From NCBI GenBank assembly GCA_965226495.1, contig OZ245365.1:6144001-6208000 (forward strand): a stretch of DNA of 64,000 bases, given 5' to 3'. Positions 1 to 9,054 of the stretch are shown here, one piece after another. This stretch comes from Candidatus Marinacidobacterales bacterium (lineage in GTDB: Bacteria > Acidobacteriota > Vicinamibacteria > Marinacidobacterales > DATDRI01). Positions within the stretch are counted from its first letter, which is position 1. Every line of letters begins with the position of its first letter. Both the position numbers and the translations under genes were made by a program. The notes beneath the pieces were generated by a model that made no database searches, was not told where the DNA came from, and saw nothing but the letters and a program-made list of their open reading frames with translations.

Positions 1-1
1 G

Positions 2-2197
2 CTCCGAGATCTCGGAGAGCGAAGTCGGCTGTTTGAGGAGTTTGGTGGCGTATGGTCGCAGCAAGCCAGCATCGTCGACGACGAATCCGAGCAGATCTGG
101 CACGCTTGGGTGACCGCCAACCTCTTCCCGTTACTCGGGGAGGATCCGGTCCTCGGTAGACACTTCTTGCCCGAGGAGGAAGCCGAGAATGGCCCCAATG
201 TGATGATTCTTGGCTATGGGATCTGGCAACGCCGCTACGGCGGTGATCCGGACATCATCGGGAAACCCATACAGCTCAACGACACCGTTCGTACAGTCGT
301 GGGAGTGATGCCGGAGCGCTTCCGAATCCTTTTGGGAGATGATACCGGAGTTCCTCCGCGCGTCGATGTCTTCATCCCTCAAAACTTCTGGCAGCAGAGG
401 AACGTTCGTTGGTTGCGCGTCATCGGTCGGCTGGCTCCTGGCGTAACGCTTGCGCAGGGGCAATCCGAATTGGATAACATCGCCGATAGTCTCGTGGCGG
501 AATATCAAGAGTACGCCACGACCGGATTCGCGCTACACGCCATTCCTCTTCATGGCGATTTGGTGCGCGACGTTCGCCCTGCTGTTCTAGCTCTCTTGGG
601 AGCGGTCGGCTTTGTTCTCTTGATTGCGTGTTCGAACGTGGCCAGCCTCTCGCTCGCCCGCACGAAGCTTCGAGAGCAAGAGATCGCCTTGAGGCTGGCC
701 TTGGGAGCCGGCCAGGGACGCATCCTGCGGCAGGTTTTGACGGAGAATCTCTTACTTGCATTGCTAGGTGGCGCCTTCGGGTTGTTGGTCGCGCAATGGG
801 GACTCGAGCTCTTACTTGCCTATCGACCGGTGAACCTACCTCGGATCGAAGACATTGGGGTCAATGGAACCGTGTTGGGCTTCACGACCGCGGCTGCTCT
901 CTTGACGGGCTTGCTCTTTGGGATCGTCCCCGCGTTGCAGGCATCGCGGCTCAGCCTTGGAGAGACACTCAAAGAGGGAGGGCGGGCCACCGGAGCTCAG
1001 GGGGCTCGAAGCCGACAACGACTCCGCAGCGTGCTCGTCGTGTCGCAGGTTGCGTTGTCGTTGGTGCTCTTGATCGGTGCCGGCTTGATGATCCGTACCT
1101 TCACCCGTCTCGCGGAAGTCGATCCCGGCTTCCGTTCCGAGAACCTGTTGACGTTCCACGCGCCGCTGTCCTTCAGTCAGTACTCGACACCGGAGAGTCT
1201 ATGGGGTTTCTATCGAGAGCTCACGGACAGAGTGAAGGTGCTTCCGGGAGTGAAAGCGGCGGGGGCGGTGTCACTTCTGCCGCTCTCTGACCGGCTCTTC
1301 ACCAGCAACTATGCGTATGATCCAGAGACCGAACGGAACTGGGGAACTCTGCCCGCGGACTATCGAGTCATCGTGCCCGGCTACTTCGAAGCCATGGGAA
1401 CAAAACTCGTGTCGGGGCGCTTATTCTCGGACACCGACGCGCAAGTGGAGCGCTCGATCGTCGTCGTCGACGAGACGCTGGCGCATCGGGCCTGGCCGGA
1501 TAGAGATCCGATCCATCAAAAAGTGAAGGTGGATTTTCTCGGACAAAACTCGCCGGAGTGGGCGGAAGTCATCGGGGTCGTCCAACACGTTCGGAACAAC
1601 GAGCTCCGAGAAGACGGGTTGGCCCAGATCTATTTTCCGCTTTGGGCACAGCCGAATTCAGACATGAAGCTGGCGGTCCGTGCCAGTGGCGATCCGATGA
1701 GCCTGATCCCAGCGATACGCCGAGAAGTGAGAGCGATGGACAGCGGCCGTCCCGTCCACACCTTTCGCATGATGGACGGGTACGTGTCAGACGCGATGGC
1801 GGGGACAAGCTTTGCGATGACGCTCCTGGGACTGTTCGCCACGGTCGCATTGGCAATGGCGGCCATCGGACTCTATGGCGTCGTGTCCTATATGGTCAGC
1901 CAACGAACGAACGAAATTGGGATCCGGATGGCGCTCGGCGCCCACCGGCGGGACATCTTTCGAATGGTCCTGGGGCACGGACTGACGTTCGTTCTCTTTG
2001 GCATCGTTCTCGGTCTGGTGGGGGCGCTCGCTTTGACACGCTTTCTTTCTAGTCAGCTCTACGGAGTGGGAGCGACCGATCCTTCCACGTTTGCCGCTAC
2101 TTCTGGGATTCTGGTTGCGGTGGCCCTGTTCGCTTGCTACTTGCCGTCCCGTCGAGCGACCCCTGTCGACCCTATGGTGGTGCTCCGGTATGAGTAG
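2..2197 (+). CDS. ABC transporter permease, ADOP/MacB-FtsX duplicated type (5' truncated by window edge)
   Basis: Frame is open from base 2. Two MacB-PCD/FtsX halves with LLIACSNVA, REIALRLALGA and EIGIRMALGA motifs; C-terminal DPMVVLRYE. Confidence 0.9.
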   Translation, partial: LRDLGERSRLFEEFGGVWSQQASIVDDESEQIWHAWVTANLFPLLGEDPVLGRHFLPEEEAENGPNVMILGYGIWQRRYGGDPDIIGKPIQLNDTVRTVVGVMPERFRILLGDDTGVPPRVDVFIPQNFWQQRNVRWLRVIGRLAPGVTLAQGQSELDNIADSLVAEYQEYATTGFALHAIPLHGDLVRDVRPAVLALLGAVGFVLLIACSNVASLSLARTKLREQEIALRLALGAGQGRILRQVLTENLLLALLGGAFGLLVAQWGLELLLAYRPVNLPRIEDIGVNGTVLGFTTAAALLTGLLFGIVPALQASRLSLGETLKEGGRATGAQGARSRQRLRSVLVVSQVALSLVLLIGAGLMIRTFTRLAEVDPGFRSENLLTFHAPLSFSQYSTPESLWGFYRELTDRVKVLPGVKAAGAVSLLPLSDRLFTSNYAYDPETERNWGTLPADYRVIVPGYFEAMGTKLVSGRLFSDTDAQVERSIVVVDETLAHRAWPDRDPIHQKVKVDFLGQNSPEWAEVIGVVQHVRNNELREDGLAQIYFPLWAQPNSDMKLAVRASGDPMSLIPAIRREVRAMDSGRPVHTFRMMDGYVSDAMAGTSFAMTLLGLFATVALAMAAIGLYGVVSYMVSQRTNEIGIRMALGAHRRDIFRMVLGHGLTFVLFGIVLGLVGALALTRFLSSQLYGVGATDPSTFAATSGILVAVALFACYLPSRRATPVDPMVVLRYE

Positions 2198-2281
2198 TTC
2201 CACGTGAAGAAACTCACCTGAATCGAGCCCGCTTCGGGACGATCGTTCCCCACCGCGCGGAGGATGATAGAGTGAATCCTC

Positions 2282-3253
2282 ATGGCGCAGTTTGGCGAGC
2301 TCGACGTACGGTTGGAACCGTGGGACGTGGAGTACGGCTCTGAATTTCCTCTGGATGCCCCGGAAGACGTTGGCGACGATGAGGTTTCACTGGATGTCGA
2401 GACGCCCGTCGGTTTATGGGATTCGATCGAGCCTGCGCCCGCGACGATACCGGGGCGTATCCTCTTCGTCGACGGTGTGCGACGGCTAGAGGCGCGGATC
2501 GTCCTGCGCCGCAATGCCAAGCTTTGTCGGGGTGCATTCGGGAGCTATGCGGTGGGCGCGGTCCTCGCAACGCACGGCGATGCGACGATATGTGAAGCGA
2601 GAGCGGATCGGGTGATCGTCGTGGGTTCCGGAGAATCTCTTCCCGAGCCGATCCACCTGATGCCGGCACTGACCTACCGGCCCCTGAGCGTCGTCTCCCA
2701 AGATGTGGACGCGCCGCTTCGAGGCGTCCTCCAGCAAATGCGACTGGCCGAGGAGCGTCTGGCCCGGGAGCTTGCCGACGAGGAGAACACGCTCGTGGTG
2801 GCGGACGGCCCGCTCACGTTCGGAGATCCGCTGCGGGGTGGCGCGGTGGGGTATATCAAGCGCCTTCAGAAACTCTACATTCCCGAGGATAAACTCGATC
2901 TTCTTTCCCGTTTGCCCCCCGGGTCACGGACACCACTTTTCGGTTTGCGATCGAGCAAACGCTTCGCTCGTTACGCTTGGTTTCTTCGATTGGTGGCGCC
3001 TCATCCCGGCGAATCGGAGCTATCGGGTTTGGTTCGCCTCGAAGTCTCCGAATCGGTAGGCGTGCAAGTCGCCAAGGAGCTCGCCGATGCGACCGCCCGA
3101 GCGCTCCCGCGATTCGCGCCGGGTCGTGGTCGCGACCCCCGCGCCCCTCAAAATCTGCTGCCAATCGGCGCTCTGGAATCTCGTCTTCGTCGACACCTCG
3201 GGGACGCCCGGCTCATCCGCCGCCACATTCAAACGCTGCTAGCCCTCAATTGA
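2282..3253 (+). CDS. nurA: NurA-family 5'-3' nuclease
   Basis: FVDGVRR and VVADGPL acidic motifs, GYIKR, and C-terminal DPRAPQNLLPIGALE typical of bacterial NurA; HerA encoded nearby. Confidence 0.85.
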   Translation: MAQFGELDVRLEPWDVEYGSEFPLDAPEDVGDDEVSLDVETPVGLWDSIEPAPATIPGRILFVDGVRRLEARIVLRRNAKLCRGAFGSYAVGAVLATHGDATICEARADRVIVVGSGESLPEPIHLMPALTYRPLSVVSQDVDAPLRGVLQQMRLAEERLARELADEENTLVVADGPLTFGDPLRGGAVGYIKRLQKLYIPEDKLDLLSRLPPGSRTPLFGLRSSKRFARYAWFLRLVAPHPGESELSGLVRLEVSESVGVQVAKELADATARALPRFAPGRGRDPRAPQNLLPIGALESRLRRHLGDARLIRRHIQTLLALN

Positions 3254-4071
3254 TGTCTCTCCGAGTGATTAGTTGGAACGTCAACTCGGTGCGGCTTCGA
3301 TTGCGGGCCCTGCGACGCTTGGTGAAGCGCTACGATCCGCATGTCTTTTGTCTTCAGGAGACAAAAGCAGAGAACGGGTCCTTCCCCTATGAGTTTTTCC
3401 ATCGGCTAGGTTTCGAGTACACGATTGTCCACGGACAGAAGATGCACTACGGGGTGGCCATTTTGTCGAAGCTTCCCTTATCCGATTCTCGGATTAAGAA
3501 TTGGTGCGGCCGGCCCGACTGCCGCCATGTCTATGCCACGCTTCCAGGAGGAATAGAGCTCCATAACTTCTATGTGCCGGCCGGCGGGGACGTTCCCGAT
3601 CCACGAGTGAATCCGAAGTTCGCGCACAAACTGAAGTTCATGGCCGCGATGACGCGGTGGTTCCGCCGGAAGCGCCATCCCGAGAACCGCTACGTTTTAG
3701 TGGGCGATCTGAACGTGGCCCCACACGAGAACGACGTTTGGGATCACAAGAAGCTGAGACGAGTCGTCACTCACACGCCGGTGGAGATAGAGGCCCTTGG
3801 CAAGATGCTCCGCTCGCACGATTGGATCGATGCGGTGCGCCGGTTCGTGCCCGAGGACAAGAAACTCTTCAGCTGGTGGAGCTACCGCGCCGAGAATTGG
3901 AAGGCGGCCGATAAGGGGCGCCGGTTGGATCACGTTTGGGTGACGCCGGCCCTCGGCGATTCACTCAAAGCTGCAGAGGTGCTCAAACGAGCACGCGGAT
4001 GGAGGCCAGCGTCCGACCACGCGCCGGTGATGGTGACGCTCGACCTCGCGTCTCAATCTGGACCGACGTAA
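3253..4071 (+). CDS. xth: Exodeoxyribonuclease III / AP endonuclease
   Basis: ATG overlaps the nurA stop (TGATG). Motifs SWNVNS, QETK, GDLNVA, RLDHVW, SDHAPV. The ORF-track start at 2977 is a spurious extension. Confidence 0.93.
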   Translation: MSLRVISWNVNSVRLRLRALRRLVKRYDPHVFCLQETKAENGSFPYEFFHRLGFEYTIVHGQKMHYGVAILSKLPLSDSRIKNWCGRPDCRHVYATLPGGIELHNFYVPAGGDVPDPRVNPKFAHKLKFMAAMTRWFRRKRHPENRYVLVGDLNVAPHENDVWDHKKLRRVVTHTPVEIEALGKMLRSHDWIDAVRRFVPEDKKLFSWWSYRAENWKAADKGRRLDHVWVTPALGDSLKAAEVLKRARGWRPASDHAPVMVTLDLASQSGPT

Positions 4072-4130
4072 GATACGTTCTTGTGGACGCCAAAACGCGA
4101 GGTAGCATAAATCAGGGTGGCCAGGCGCCA

Positions 4131-5843
4131 ATGGCGAAGCCAAAGACCGCTCCAGGCGAAGAGAAGAGGGCCTCGAGGCCGGCGGATAGCGAGCGCGCCG
4201 GGCTTGTGCTCGGCTCGGTGGACGCAACGCCCCTTGAGTTCTGGATTGGTGTCGAGGATGGCCGCCGTGTTCAACTCGACGACCTCGTCGTCGTGGAAAC
4301 GGTGACCCCAGACGGCCAACGCATTCGCTTCTACGGCATGGTCGATGTTGTGAAGAAGCGTTACGAAGGCACGCAGTTCGATTCCGATGCCTTCCGAGCC
4401 GTTGCGGGAACGCTTCCGGTGGAAGTTTCCTATACTGCCCACGTTCAAGTGACTCGCATCGACCCCGAAGTCTTCGTGCCGCCGCACCCCGGCGACGAGG
4501 CCCGGGTCGTCCGGGGAGAGGACTTCCAGCGAGCGCTCTACTTCGATCAGATGGAACGCCGTATCCCGATCGGCATGACGCGGACCAACGAGCCGGTCTT
4601 TGCTAATCTAGAATTCTTGGACGGAACGCGGGGCGCGCATGCCTCGATCAGTGGTGTTTCCGGCGTCGCCACCAAAACCTCCTACGCCACATTCCTCTTG
4701 TACTCTCTCTTTCAGTCGGAGGGACTGGGCGCGGACGCGATCAATTCGAAGGCCCTCATCTTCAACGTAAAGGGTGAGGATCTGCTCTGGCTCGACAAAC
4801 CGAACGTGAGGTTGACCGAGAAGGGGAAATCGGAGTACGAGCGCCTAGGTCTCGAAGCGGGGCCATTTCGCAGCGTCGGTTTCTTCGCCCCCGCCAAGCG
4901 CGCGAGCGTTGTACCGATGCCCGATACCGGAGGAAGACAACAAGGCGTGATGCCCTATCTTTGGACGCTCGGCGAGTTCGCCCGCGAGCGATTGCTCCGT
5001 TTCGTCTTCGCCGAGGGGGAGGACGCTCGGGCGCCGCTTTCCTTCGTCATTTATCGGGTCGAGTCGGCGCTACAGCGCGCGGCTGCCAAAGGCGAGCGCG
5101 ACGATCCGGGGCTCGAACTGGACGGTGTTTCTCTCCGGAGCTTCAGCGAGTTAGTCGATCTTCTCGACGACGAAGCGTTGGATCGCATGGTGCCCCGGAA
5201 CGTCGCCTCCGGCACGCTCGACGCTTTCCGTCGACGACTTCACGCCGCCGCCTCGCACATGGGGCACCTCGTGCGGGGCGATGCGTCTGCCACGGGGTGC
5301 GGGATCAGTTGGGAAGAACAGCAGGTGACGGTGGTGGATATCCATACCCTCCACTCGACGGCGCAGATGTTCGTGGTGGGAGTTTTGCTGAAGCGCATGA
5401 TGGAAAGAAAAGAAGCACAGGGAACTTCGCGCCCATTGGTATTCGTCGTTCTGGACGAAATGAATAAGTATGCGCCGCGTGAAGGGTGGAGCCCCATTCG
5501 CGATGTGCTACTCGACATCGCCGAAAGGGGACGTTCGCTGGGGGTATCTCTCTTCGGCGCGCAGCAGACGGCAAGCGAGGTGGAGCGGCGCGTCATCGCG
5601 AACGCGGCGCTCAAAGTCGTTGGACGTCTCGACCCAGCAGAGGCGGAAAGGGCTCAGTATGGGTTTCTGACCAGCGTGGCTCGCTTGCGTGCGAAGACGC
5701 TGCAGCCGGGAAGTATGATCGTCTCGCAGCCTGAGATCCCCACACCCATTCTTCTTCGGTTCCCTTTTCCCGCTTGGGCCACTCGGCAGAGTGAGGCGGG
5801 TACCGACGAACTAACCGATCCCTTTGCGAGGTTTGAGAATTGA
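4131..5843 (+). CDS. herA: HerA-family ATPase/DNA translocase (HAS barrel + FtsK/HerA P-loop)
   Basis: N-terminal HAS-barrel-like region, variant Walker A SGVSGVATKTS, Walker B VVLDEMNKYAP, RGRSLG arginine finger, GAQQ. Confidence 0.88.
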   Translation: MAKPKTAPGEEKRASRPADSERAGLVLGSVDATPLEFWIGVEDGRRVQLDDLVVVETVTPDGQRIRFYGMVDVVKKRYEGTQFDSDAFRAVAGTLPVEVSYTAHVQVTRIDPEVFVPPHPGDEARVVRGEDFQRALYFDQMERRIPIGMTRTNEPVFANLEFLDGTRGAHASISGVSGVATKTSYATFLLYSLFQSEGLGADAINSKALIFNVKGEDLLWLDKPNVRLTEKGKSEYERLGLEAGPFRSVGFFAPAKRASVVPMPDTGGRQQGVMPYLWTLGEFARERLLRFVFAEGEDARAPLSFVIYRVESALQRAAAKGERDDPGLELDGVSLRSFSELVDLLDDEALDRMVPRNVASGTLDAFRRRLHAAASHMGHLVRGDASATGCGISWEEQQVTVVDIHTLHSTAQMFVVGVLLKRMMERKEAQGTSRPLVFVVLDEMNKYAPREGWSPIRDVLLDIAERGRSLGVSLFGAQQTASEVERRVIANAALKVVGRLDPAEAERAQYGFLTSVARLRAKTLQPGSMIVSQPEIPTPILLRFPFPAWATRQSEAGTDELTDPFARFEN

Positions 5844-5852
5844 GTACAGGAA

Positions 5853-6719
5853 ATGATTCGACTTTCTTTTCGCCCACCGTATGATTGGGACTCGTTGGTC
5901 GAGTTCCTTTCGGTACGAGCGACCCCTGGCGTCGAGATGGTCGATGAGAGCACCTATCGTCGGACTATTTCACTCGGTGGATATTGGGGTACCTTCGAAG
6001 TCCGCCGGGTTACAAGACGCAACTATCTCGAGCTCGGAATCGACTTTCCCAACCCGCAGAGTTTTCCGTACATCGTTCAAAGGGCGCGTCGACTCTTCGA
6101 CGTCGATACCGACCCGGGGGAAGTTGCACGGCATCTTCGGCAAGACAGGCGGCTCATCGCACTGGTCGATGCGTATCCAGGGCTCCGTGTACCTGGATCG
6201 TGGGATGGTTTCGAGCTCGCGGTGCGAGCCATACTAGGGCAACAAATTTCCGTGAAGGGGGCCACGACGCTTGCCGGCCGACTCGCTCTTGGCTACGGAC
6301 GGAGGTTTCGGAAGGGGGAGTTGGGTGTGTTGTTTCCAACTCCAGAAGTGCTCGCGAAAGCGAATCCAGCCAGGCTCGGACTTCCCCTGGCGAGAGCTCG
6401 TGCCATCCCGCACCTAGCTCGCGCAGTATGTCAGAGGCAGCTTTCCTTTAACGGTGCAGCGGGGCTCCGGCCGTTCGTGGCGCAAATGAAAGACGTGCCG
6501 GGAATCGGTGAGTGGACGGCGCAGTACGTTGCGATGCGTGCGTTGAGTCATCCCGACGCTTTTCCCGCAACGGACCTGGGCCTTTTGCGCGGTGCTTCGA
6601 GTGGAAGCAGGGGACTGAAGCCGAAGACGCTCCTGCAGCGTGCCGAAAAGTGGAGGCCCTTCCGTGCCTACGCGGCCATGTATCTTTGGAAAAACTACGG
6701 AACTCAGAAGAGGAAATAG
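5853..6719 (+). CDS. alkA: DNA-3-methyladenine glycosylase II (AlkA_N + HhH-GPD), no Ada domain
   Basis: RPPYDW start, AVRAILGQQISV, HhH PGIGEWTAQY, PDAFPATDLGL, WRPFRAYA. Confidence 0.9.
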   Translation: MIRLSFRPPYDWDSLVEFLSVRATPGVEMVDESTYRRTISLGGYWGTFEVRRVTRRNYLELGIDFPNPQSFPYIVQRARRLFDVDTDPGEVARHLRQDRRLIALVDAYPGLRVPGSWDGFELAVRAILGQQISVKGATTLAGRLALGYGRRFRKGELGVLFPTPEVLAKANPARLGLPLARARAIPHLARAVCQRQLSFNGAAGLRPFVAQMKDVPGIGEWTAQYVAMRALSHPDAFPATDLGLLRGASSGSRGLKPKTLLQRAEKWRPFRAYAAMYLWKNYGTQKRK

Positions 6720-6722
6720 TCT

Positions 6723-7229
6723 GTGAAGACGCTCCTAGTGCTTCGCCATGCTAAATCGAGTTGGAAGGATCAAGGGCTAGATGACCACGATCGGCCACTC
6801 AACAAGCGGGGAACGAAAGACGCTCCGGTCGTCGGGAAGCTCATCAGCAAGAGGAAACTGACGCCGGATTGGATCCTGAGCTCCACCGCCTTTCGCGCGA
6901 GAAAGACCGTGGAGATGGTGGCCAAGGCCAGCAGGTTCTCGGGGGAGATTGAGTTCGAGGAGGGGCTGTATCTTGCGAGACCGACAACCGTTATCGCAGC
7001 GATTCAAACAGCAGCTCCGCAGTCGGCTGAGACCGTCCTGATCGTTGGGCACAATCCGGGATTCGGAGAGCTGGTCGAGATTCTGACCGGGCAAAAGCAA
7101 CCCTTTCCCACTGCAGCCTTGGCCGAGATAGAGCTTCCCGTCGAGCGCTGGGACGAGCTCACTCCTGAGACGGAAGGAAAGCTGATCGATCTCTGGAGGC
7201 CGAAGGAGCTTGCCGGGGAATCGGAGTAA
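6723..7229 (+). CDS. sixA: SixA-family phosphohistidine phosphatase
   Basis: RHAKSSW, DHDRPLNKRG and LIVGHNPG motifs. Confidence 0.85.
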   Translation: MKTLLVLRHAKSSWKDQGLDDHDRPLNKRGTKDAPVVGKLISKRKLTPDWILSSTAFRARKTVEMVAKASRFSGEIEFEEGLYLARPTTVIAAIQTAAPQSAETVLIVGHNPGFGELVEILTGQKQPFPTAALAEIELPVERWDELTPETEGKLIDLWRPKELAGESE

Positions 7230-7237
7230 CTGAGCCG

Positions 7238-7597
7238 CTATTCGAGCAAACGTAGTAGGTCCAGAGAACTCACGACACCTACCACCTTGTCTCCGTCGGT
7301 GACCACCATGTGGTGCACGCCGTACTGCCTCATCATTTGGGCGGCGGTGCTCACGTCGGCTTGGGGGGTCACGGTGTAGACGTGGGTGCTCATGACTCGG
7401 GAGATGGGGATCTTCGCTGAGAAGCCCGGGACAAGATCGGTCGAGGTGAGCATGCCTACGAGCTGGTTTTCCTCGTCCACCACTGGCAGGGAGTTGATAT
7501 CGTGAGCCTCCATGAGTTCGCGAACCCCTCCGACGAGGTCGCCCGGCTTGGCCATGATGACATTGGCAGCCATGACATCCGCCACTTTGTGTTTCAA
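7238..7597 (-). CDS. CBS-pair (Bateman) domain protein
   Basis: Two CBS repeats (VADVM...LPVVD...GMLTSTD; ISRVM...VVGVVSSLD). TTG start at 7597 with GAGGAG RBS. Confidence 0.85.
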   Translation of the reverse strand: MKHKVADVMAANVIMAKPGDLVGGVRELMEAHDINSLPVVDEENQLVGMLTSTDLVPGFSAKIPISRVMSTHVYTVTPQADVSTAAQMMRQYGVHHMVVTDGDKVVGVVSSLDLLRLLE

Positions 7598-7830
7598 GAG
7601 TTGCTCCTCATTGTTGGGCTGGTCTGATGATGGAGCGTAGCCTGAAGGAACTCCCAGAAGCAAATCGAGTCGATTGTCGTGTTCGAACCGCCAGTCTTGC
7701 TGAGGGGGGGGCTCGCCACGGCTTCCCTGAAAACCGTGACGCCGCATAAAGACGCACCCGAAGAGGCGGGTATATGATGCCCCCAGCCTGGGTTTCTGCC
7801 CTGCCTGTTGAAGCCCGGTGAAAAGAAAAT

Positions 7831-9000
7831 ATGCGCATTGTTCACACTAGCGACTGGCATGCCGGGCGGCTCTGGAGGCGCATCGATCGACTTCCCGAAG
7901 TGGCCGATGTTCTAGAAAACTTGGGAGACTTCCTAGAGCGGGAACGGATCGATCTGCTTTTGATGTCCGGGGATGTCTTCGACAGCGGCGCACCCAACCC
8001 GTCCGCCGAGCGGTTGGTCTTCGGCTTCTTCAAACGGATCGGCCGGGCCGGCATCAAGACCGTGGTCATCGCCGGGAACCACGATAGTCCGGCTCGGCTT
8101 CAAGCGTGGGGTACGCTTGCCGAGCTGGTAGATGTGCAGGCGGTCGCTTTTCCGCGGCGCTTGAATGACGGCGGTCTCGTAGAGGTCTCGGCCAGGTCGG
8201 GTGAGAGAGCGCTCGTGGCGGCTGTCCCGTTCGCGGCCCCGCGTCGTCTAATCAGTGCCCTCGACCTTTCCGGTGAAGAGACTCGGGTCAGACAGAAATA
8301 CGACCAGGGAATGAGGCAGATCATCGCGCATTTGGTGAGTGGGTTCGAGCGAGAGACCATCAATCTGGTCATGGCTCACACGCACCTTCAGGGCGCGGTA
8401 TTCTCCGGATCGGAGCGGCAAGTCCACCTCGGAGAAGAGTGGGCGACCACGCCGCAGGCTTTACCTTCGACCGCGCACTACATTGCGCTCGGCCATATCC
8501 ACCGACCGCAGAAGGTAGAGGCCGCACCGGCTCCTGCTTTCTACGCCGGTTCTCCCCTGCAGCTCGATTTCGGCGAGGTCGGTGAGGAGAAAACCTTTGT
8601 TTTGATCGATGCCCGCCCGCGACAGCCGGTTCAAGTCGAGCAAATTCCTTATAAAGGAGGGCTGCCGCTCCGGTCGGTTCGCAAAGGGCTTTTAGAGTTG
8701 GAGCGAGAGGCGGGGAGTTTGTCCGAAAGAGGTTGGTTGCGGGTGAGAGTCCCGCTGAAAGTGGCGGACCCAGACGTCAATGGTAAGGTGCGGCGGTTAC
8801 TTCCGAATGCGGTGTCGGTCGAGATTGAGCTTCCTGAGAAAGCGGAAGAGCAAGACGGTTCGCGTCTCCCGGGCGGCTCCCCGCCGCGGGAGCTCTATCA
8901 AGCCTACTGTCAGAAGGAGCACGGTTCGGAGGGAGAGCCGCAGGTGGTCGAGATCTTCGACAAACTGCTGGCCGACGCGGATCAGGGCGATGCCGGATAA
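7831..9000 (+). CDS. sbcD: SbcD/Mre11-family nuclease
   Basis: HTSDWHAG, SGDVFD, AGNHDS, MAH and ALGHIHRPQ phosphoesterase motifs. Confidence 0.93.
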   Translation: MRIVHTSDWHAGRLWRRIDRLPEVADVLENLGDFLERERIDLLLMSGDVFDSGAPNPSAERLVFGFFKRIGRAGIKTVVIAGNHDSPARLQAWGTLAELVDVQAVAFPRRLNDGGLVEVSARSGERALVAAVPFAAPRRLISALDLSGEETRVRQKYDQGMRQIIAHLVSGFERETINLVMAHTHLQGAVFSGSERQVHLGEEWATTPQALPSTAHYIALGHIHRPQKVEAAPAPAFYAGSPLQLDFGEVGEEKTFVLIDARPRQPVQVEQIPYKGGLPLRSVRKGLLELEREAGSLSERGWLRVRVPLKVADPDVNGKVRRLLPNAVSVEIELPEKAEEQDGSRLPGGSPPRELYQAYCQKEHGSEGEPQVVEIFDKLLADADQGDAG

Positions 9001-9054
9001 CCAAAGCAGTACAAGACCCGCGGTGCCCGTACTCCAACCAGAGGCCCGACGCCT

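Noticed and set aside
2198-2281. SOS/LexA box upstream of nurA
   Set aside because: Only an imperfect palindrome (GGGACGATCGTTCCC, 2236-2250) was seen, and I did not find it upstream of sbcD or polX.
2977-4130. ORF-track N-terminal extensions of xth (from 2977) and herA (from 3936)
   Set aside because: They overlap upstream genes and are low-complexity. Family motifs begin at 3253 and about 4131.
7598-7830. Known riboswitch (purine, yybP-ykoY, c-di-GMP, ykkC)
   Set aside because: Conserved core nucleotides could not be matched by eye. Kept only as a low-interest structured region.
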